DNA of 53,297 nucleotides from Nocardioides sp. (GTDB taxonomy: Bacteria; Actinomycetota; Actinomycetes; Propionibacteriales; Nocardioidaceae), in contig DATBBE010000136.1 in assembly GCA_036271155.1 (NCBI GenBank), positions 1-53,297 of the forward strand, written 5' to 3'. A program made the translations under genes and the position numbers. Position 1 is the first letter of the stretch, and every line of letters starts with the position of its first letter. The notes beneath the pieces are model-generated. The model was not told the DNA's origin. It saw only the letters and a program-made list of their open reading frames with translations, and searched no databases. Positions 50,013 through 53,297 of this stretch are shown in pieces.

Positions 50013-51098
50013 TCAGCCCGCCTCGACCGCGTCGAGCCGCGCTTGGAGGTCTGCGTCGAGGCAGGAGTCGATCACCGGCTGCAGGTCGCCGTCGAGCACC
50101 TGGTCGAGGTGGTAGGCCTTGTAGCCGGTGCGGTGGTCGGAGATGCGGTTCTCGGGGTAGTTGTAGGTGCGGATGCGCTCCGAGCGGTCGACCGTGCGCA
50201 CCTGGCTGCGACGAGCCTCCCCCGCCGCCGCGTCGGCCTCCTCCTGGGCGGCGGCCAGCAGACGCGCACGCAGGATGCGCAACGCCTGCTCCTTGTTCTG
50301 CAGCTGGCTCTTCTCGTTCTGGCAGCTGACCACGATGCCGGTCGGCAGGTGAGTGATCCGGACCGCGGAGTCGGTGGTGTTGACGCTCTGGCCGCCCGGA
50401 CCGCTGCTGCGGAAGACGTCGATGCGCAGGTCGTGCTCGTCGACCTGGACGTCGACGACCTCGGCCTCCGGCAGCACCAGCACTCCCGCCGCACTGGTGT
50501 GGACCCGCCCCTGCGACTCGGTGACGGGTACGCGTTGCACGCGGTGGACGCCGCCCTCGAACCTCAGCAGGCCGAACGGCGCCTGTCCGGGCTCGACCGT
50601 GCCCCGCGCCTTGACCGCGACCGTGACCGACTTGAAGCCACCCAGGTCGGACTCGGTCGAGTCGAGGACCTCGGTCGACCAGCCGCGCCGCTCGGCGTAG
50701 CGCGTGTACATGCGGAGCAGGTCGCCGGCGAAGAGCGCCGACTCCTCACCCCCCTCGCCGGACTTGATCTCGAGGATCGCGTCCTTGTCGTCCGTGGGGT
50801 CGCGCGGCACGAGGAGCCTGCGGAGGCGCTCCTCAGTGACCTCGCGCTGGGCGGCGAGGGGCGCGATCTCGTCGGCGAACGTCGGGTCGTCGGCGTCTTC
50901 AGCAGCCAGCTCGCGAGCGGCCGCGAGGTCGTCTCCGAGGCGGCGCCACTCACGCCAGGTGGTGATGATCGCGGTCAGCTCGGCGTACCGCTGGTTAAGG
51001 GCCTTGGCCATGCGTGCGTCGGCATGGGTTTCGGGCAGGGCGAGCCTGCCCTCGAGCTCGGCGTGCTCACCGAGCAGGCTCTCGACGGCCTCGAACAT
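50013..51098 (-). CDS. prfA: Peptide chain release factor 1
   Basis: [12 protein letters not shown] (PVT), [21 protein letters not shown]. Confidence 0.97.
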   Translation of the reverse strand: MFEAVESLLGEHAELEGRLALPETHADARMAKALNQRYAELTAIITTWREWRRLGDDLAAARELAAEDADDPTFADEIAPLAAQREVTEERLRRLLVPRDPTDDKDAILEIKSGEGGEESALFAGDLLRMYTRYAERRGWSTEVLDSTESDLGGFKSVTVAVKARGTVEPGQAPFGLLRFEGGVHRVQRVPVTESQGRVHTSAAGVLVLPEAEVVDVQVDEHDLRIDVFRSSGPGGQSVNTTDSAVRITHLPTGIVVSCQNEKSQLQNKEQALRILRARLLAAAQEEADAAAGEARRSQVRTVDRSERIRTYNYPENRISDHRTGYKAYHLDQVLDGDLQPVIDSCLDADLQARLDAVEAG

Positions 51099-51172
51099 GG
51101 CTTCTCCGCTCCGGTGGGATCCTCCACGACGAATGACAGGCGGCACCCGGCCCGACCGGGCGCCAAATCGGC

Positions 51173-51208
51173 GACGACGCCGCCCCCATGGAGGAGGGCG
51201 GCGCCGTC
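51173..51208 (-). terminator. Hairpin downstream of rpmE
   Basis: GACGGCGCCGCCC-N10-GGGCGGCGTCGTC on the minus strand; weak U tract. Confidence 0.55.
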
Positions 51209-51215
51209 AGCGGAG

Positions 51216-51473
51216 CTAGTTGGAAGCGGCCTCCTCGGAGACCTCGGCCTTCGGCTCGGCCTTCTTCTGCGTCTTGGCGTAGCGGGCCTCGAAGCGGGCC
51301 ACGCGGCCGCCGGTGTCGAGGATCTTCTGCTTGCCCGTGTAGAACGGGTGACAGTTGGAGCACACGTCGGAGTGGATGACGCCGTTCGCGGAGGTGCTGC
51401 GCGTGGTGAAGGTGTTCCCGCAGCTGCAGGTCACCTCTGTCACGCGGTAGTCCGGGTGGATGTCCTTCTTCAT
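51216..51473 (-). CDS. rpmE: 50S ribosomal protein L31 (Zn-binding form)
   Basis: [25 protein letters not shown]. Confidence 0.97.
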   Translation of the reverse strand: MKKDIHPDYRVTEVTCSCGNTFTTRSTSANGVIHSDVCSNCHPFYTGKQKILDTGGRVARFEARYAKTQKKAEPKAEVSEEAASN

Positions 51474-51487
51474 GATGTCCTTCCAGT

Positions 51488-51534
51488 CGCCGGGTCCCTG
51501 AGCGCGAGGTGCGGCCAGGGTGAACCGGAACCAA
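51488..51534 (-). ncRNA. Putative L31 ribosomal-protein leader RNA
   Basis: GGTTCCGGTTCACCCTG...CAGGGACCCGG can pair; lies between a TGGCACAAT extended -10 box and the rpmE RBS. Confidence 0.45.
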
Positions 51535-51604
51535 GTGGCGATTGTGCCACCGGCTGTAACGCCGGGACCAATCGCGGTGTTCCGCCGGCCACTCGACCCT
51601 CACC

Positions 51605-51669
51605 ACGGAAAACGCGGACGAATCCGACCCGTCGCATCGGCGTGTCCCCGGATTCGTCCGCGTTTTCTC
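51605..51669. repeat. 65-bp palindromic dispersed repeat, copy B (downstream of rho)
   Basis: GAAAACGCGGACGAATCCG / CGGATTCGTCCGCGTTTTC perfect 19-bp arms. Confidence 0.78.
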
Positions 51670-51687
51670 CAGGGAGACAGCCCGGGC

Positions 51688-53295
51688 CTAGTCGCCCGCG
51701 ATCGCGCCCGGCGTGGTCTTCTGCACCTGCATCAGGAACTCGATGTTGGTCTGGGTCTTCTTGAGACGCTCCAGCAGCAGCTCGAGGGCCTGCTGGCCGT
51801 CGAGCCCCGAGAGCACCCGGCGCAGCTTCCAGACGATCTGGAGCTCCTCCTTGCTCATCAGGAGCTCCTCGCGGCGGGTGCCGCTCTGCACCGCGTCGAT
51901 CGCCGGGAAGAGACGCTTGTCGGCGAAGTCGCGACGGAGTCGGATCTCCATGTTCCCGGTGCCCTTGAACTCCTCGAAGATCACCTCGTCCATCTTCGAT
52001 CCGCTCTCGATCAGCGCGGTGGCGAGGATGGTCAGCGAGCCGCCGTTCTCGATGTTGCGCGCTGCGCCGAAGAACTTCTTGGGCGGGTACAGCGCGGCCG
52101 AGTCCACCCCGCCGGACAGGATCCGGCCGGATGCCGGGGCCGCGAGGTTGTACGCGCGGCCGAGGCGGGTGATGCCGTCGAGCAGGACGACGACGTCGTG
52201 GCCCAGCTCCACGAGCCGCTTGGCCCGCTCGATCGCGAGCTCGGCGACCATGGTGTGGTCACTCGCGGGCCGGTCGAACGTCGAGGAGATGACCTCGCCC
52301 TTGGTCGAGCGCTCGAAGTCGGTGACCTCCTCGGGCCGCTCGTCGACGAGCACGACCATGAGGTGGCACTCGGGGTTGTTGGTGGTGATCGACGCCGCGA
52401 TCGACTGCATGATCATGGTCTTGCCCGCCTTGGACGGCGACACGATCAGGCCGCGCTGGCCCTTGCCGATCGGCGAGGCGATGTCGATCACGCGCCCGAT
52501 CAGGTTGCCGGGCTCGGTCTCCAGCCGGAGTCGCTCACTGGGGTAGAGCGGGGTGAGCTTGGCGAAGTCGACGCGGTTCTTCGCGGCCTCGGGGTCGGCC
52601 CCGTTCACCGAGTCGATGCGGACCATCGGGTTGAACTTCTCCTTGCGCTCGCCCTCGCGGGGCTGGCGCACCTGGCCGACGATCGCATCGCCGCGGCGCA
52701 GGCCGTACTTGCGCACCATCGACAGCGAGACATAGACATCGTCGGTGCCCGGCAGGTAGCCGCTGGTACGCACGAAGGCGTAGTTGTCGAGGACGTCGAG
52801 GATGCCCGCGGCCGGAGTGAGGACGTCGTCGTCGAGGATCGTGGTGTCCGGCTCGTTGCGCTGGCTACTGCCGGTGGTCTGCGGACGGGTGCCACGATCG
52901 CGGCCCCGGCGACGCCGGCTGCGGCGGCTGCCGCCCTGCCCGTCGTCGTCGTCCTTGCCTTCTGGCTGGCCCTGCTGGCCCTGCTGGCCCTGCTGGCCCT
53001 GCTGGCTCTGCTGGCTCTGCTGGCTGCCGCTCTGCTGACGGTCCTTGGCCTGGGAGCCTCCGCCCTGCTGACGGTCCTGTCGGTCCTGTCGGTCCTGTCG
53101 GTTCTGTCGGTCCTGGCGGCCCTTGGCCTGCTGGTCACCGCCCTGCTTGCGGTCCGCACGGTCTGCCCGGTCCTGACGGTCCTGATCCTGACGGTCCTGA
53201 TCCTGACGGTCGTGATCCTGGTTGTCGCGGTCGGAGCCCTGAGGGCTCTCGACGACCGCCTTCGGCTCCGCCGGCTGCTGCGCCGGGGCAGACTC
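51688..53295 (-). CDS. rho: Transcription termination factor Rho (5'-truncated), with low-complexity N-terminal insertion
   Basis: PIGKGQRGLIVSPSKAGKT, DERPEEVTD, FEEFKGTGN; frame stays open to the window end. Confidence 0.97.
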   Translation of the reverse strand, partial: ESAPAQQPAEPKAVVESPQGSDRDNQDHDRQDQDRQDQDRQDRADRADRKQGGDQQAKGRQDRQNRQDRQDRQDRQQGGGSQAKDRQQSGSQQSQQSQQGQQGQQGQQGQPEGKDDDDGQGGSRRSRRRRGRDRGTRPQTTGSSQRNEPDTTILDDDVLTPAAGILDVLDNYAFVRTSGYLPGTDDVYVSLSMVRKYGLRRGDAIVGQVRQPREGERKEKFNPMVRIDSVNGADPEAAKNRVDFAKLTPLYPSERLRLETEPGNLIGRVIDIASPIGKGQRGLIVSPSKAGKTMIMQSIAASITTNNPECHLMVVLVDERPEEVTDFERSTKGEVISSTFDRPASDHTMVAELAIERAKRLVELGHDVVVLLDGITRLGRAYNLAAPASGRILSGGVDSAALYPPKKFFGAARNIENGGSLTILATALIESGSKMDEVIFEEFKGTGNMEIRLRRDFADKRLFPAIDAVQSGTRREELLMSKEELQIVWKLRRVLSGLDGQQALELLLERLKKTQTNIEFLMQVQKTTPGAIAGD

Positions 53296-53297
53296 TT

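Noticed and set aside
49116-51764. 882-aa plus-strand ORF and similar long ORFs (46520-48805, 39214-41019, 36094-38196, 26642-28708, 15803-17815, 9900-11789)
   Set aside because: Antisense or alternate-frame shadows of well-supported genes; typical of high-GC DNA, with no recognisable motifs

Overview
High-GC actinobacterial chromosome segment (gene content and order look Nocardioidaceae-like; this is an inference). The right third is a conserved housekeeping block on the minus strand: rho (5'-truncated), rpmE, prfA, prmC, Sua5/TsaC, wecA-like GT4, atpZ/I-B-E-F-H-A-G-D-C and DUF2550. The rest mixes core genes (PduO adenosyltransferase, STAS, meaA-type B12 mutase, nucS, tandem 3-hydroxyacyl-CoA dehydrogenase, RNase H, ferritin) with small accessory modules: a carnitine/butyrobetaine-like CoA trio, EamA/CGNR, WYL-DinB-DinB-VOC, two orphan peptide-binding lipoproteins, TetR/MFS, ArsR/DinB-like, and ECF sigma/anti-sigma/S1 protease. 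I found no rRNA, tRNA, CRISPR array or transposase. The best candidate for an undescribed system is a 49-aa Lys/Cys-rich ORF missing from the ORF track (26216-26365). It is apparently leaderless, sits directly upstream of ferritin and lies under a near-consensus IdeR/DtxR iron box. Also notable: mycobacterial-type Fo subunits (c subunit with Met at the bedaquiline-related position 63), a Rex-like site before the atp operon, a dispersed 65-bp palindromic repeat, a heptad-VNTR coiled-coil gene beside nucS, and a Q/D/R-rich low-complexity insertion in Rho. All calls come from motif recognition by eye; no database searches were run.
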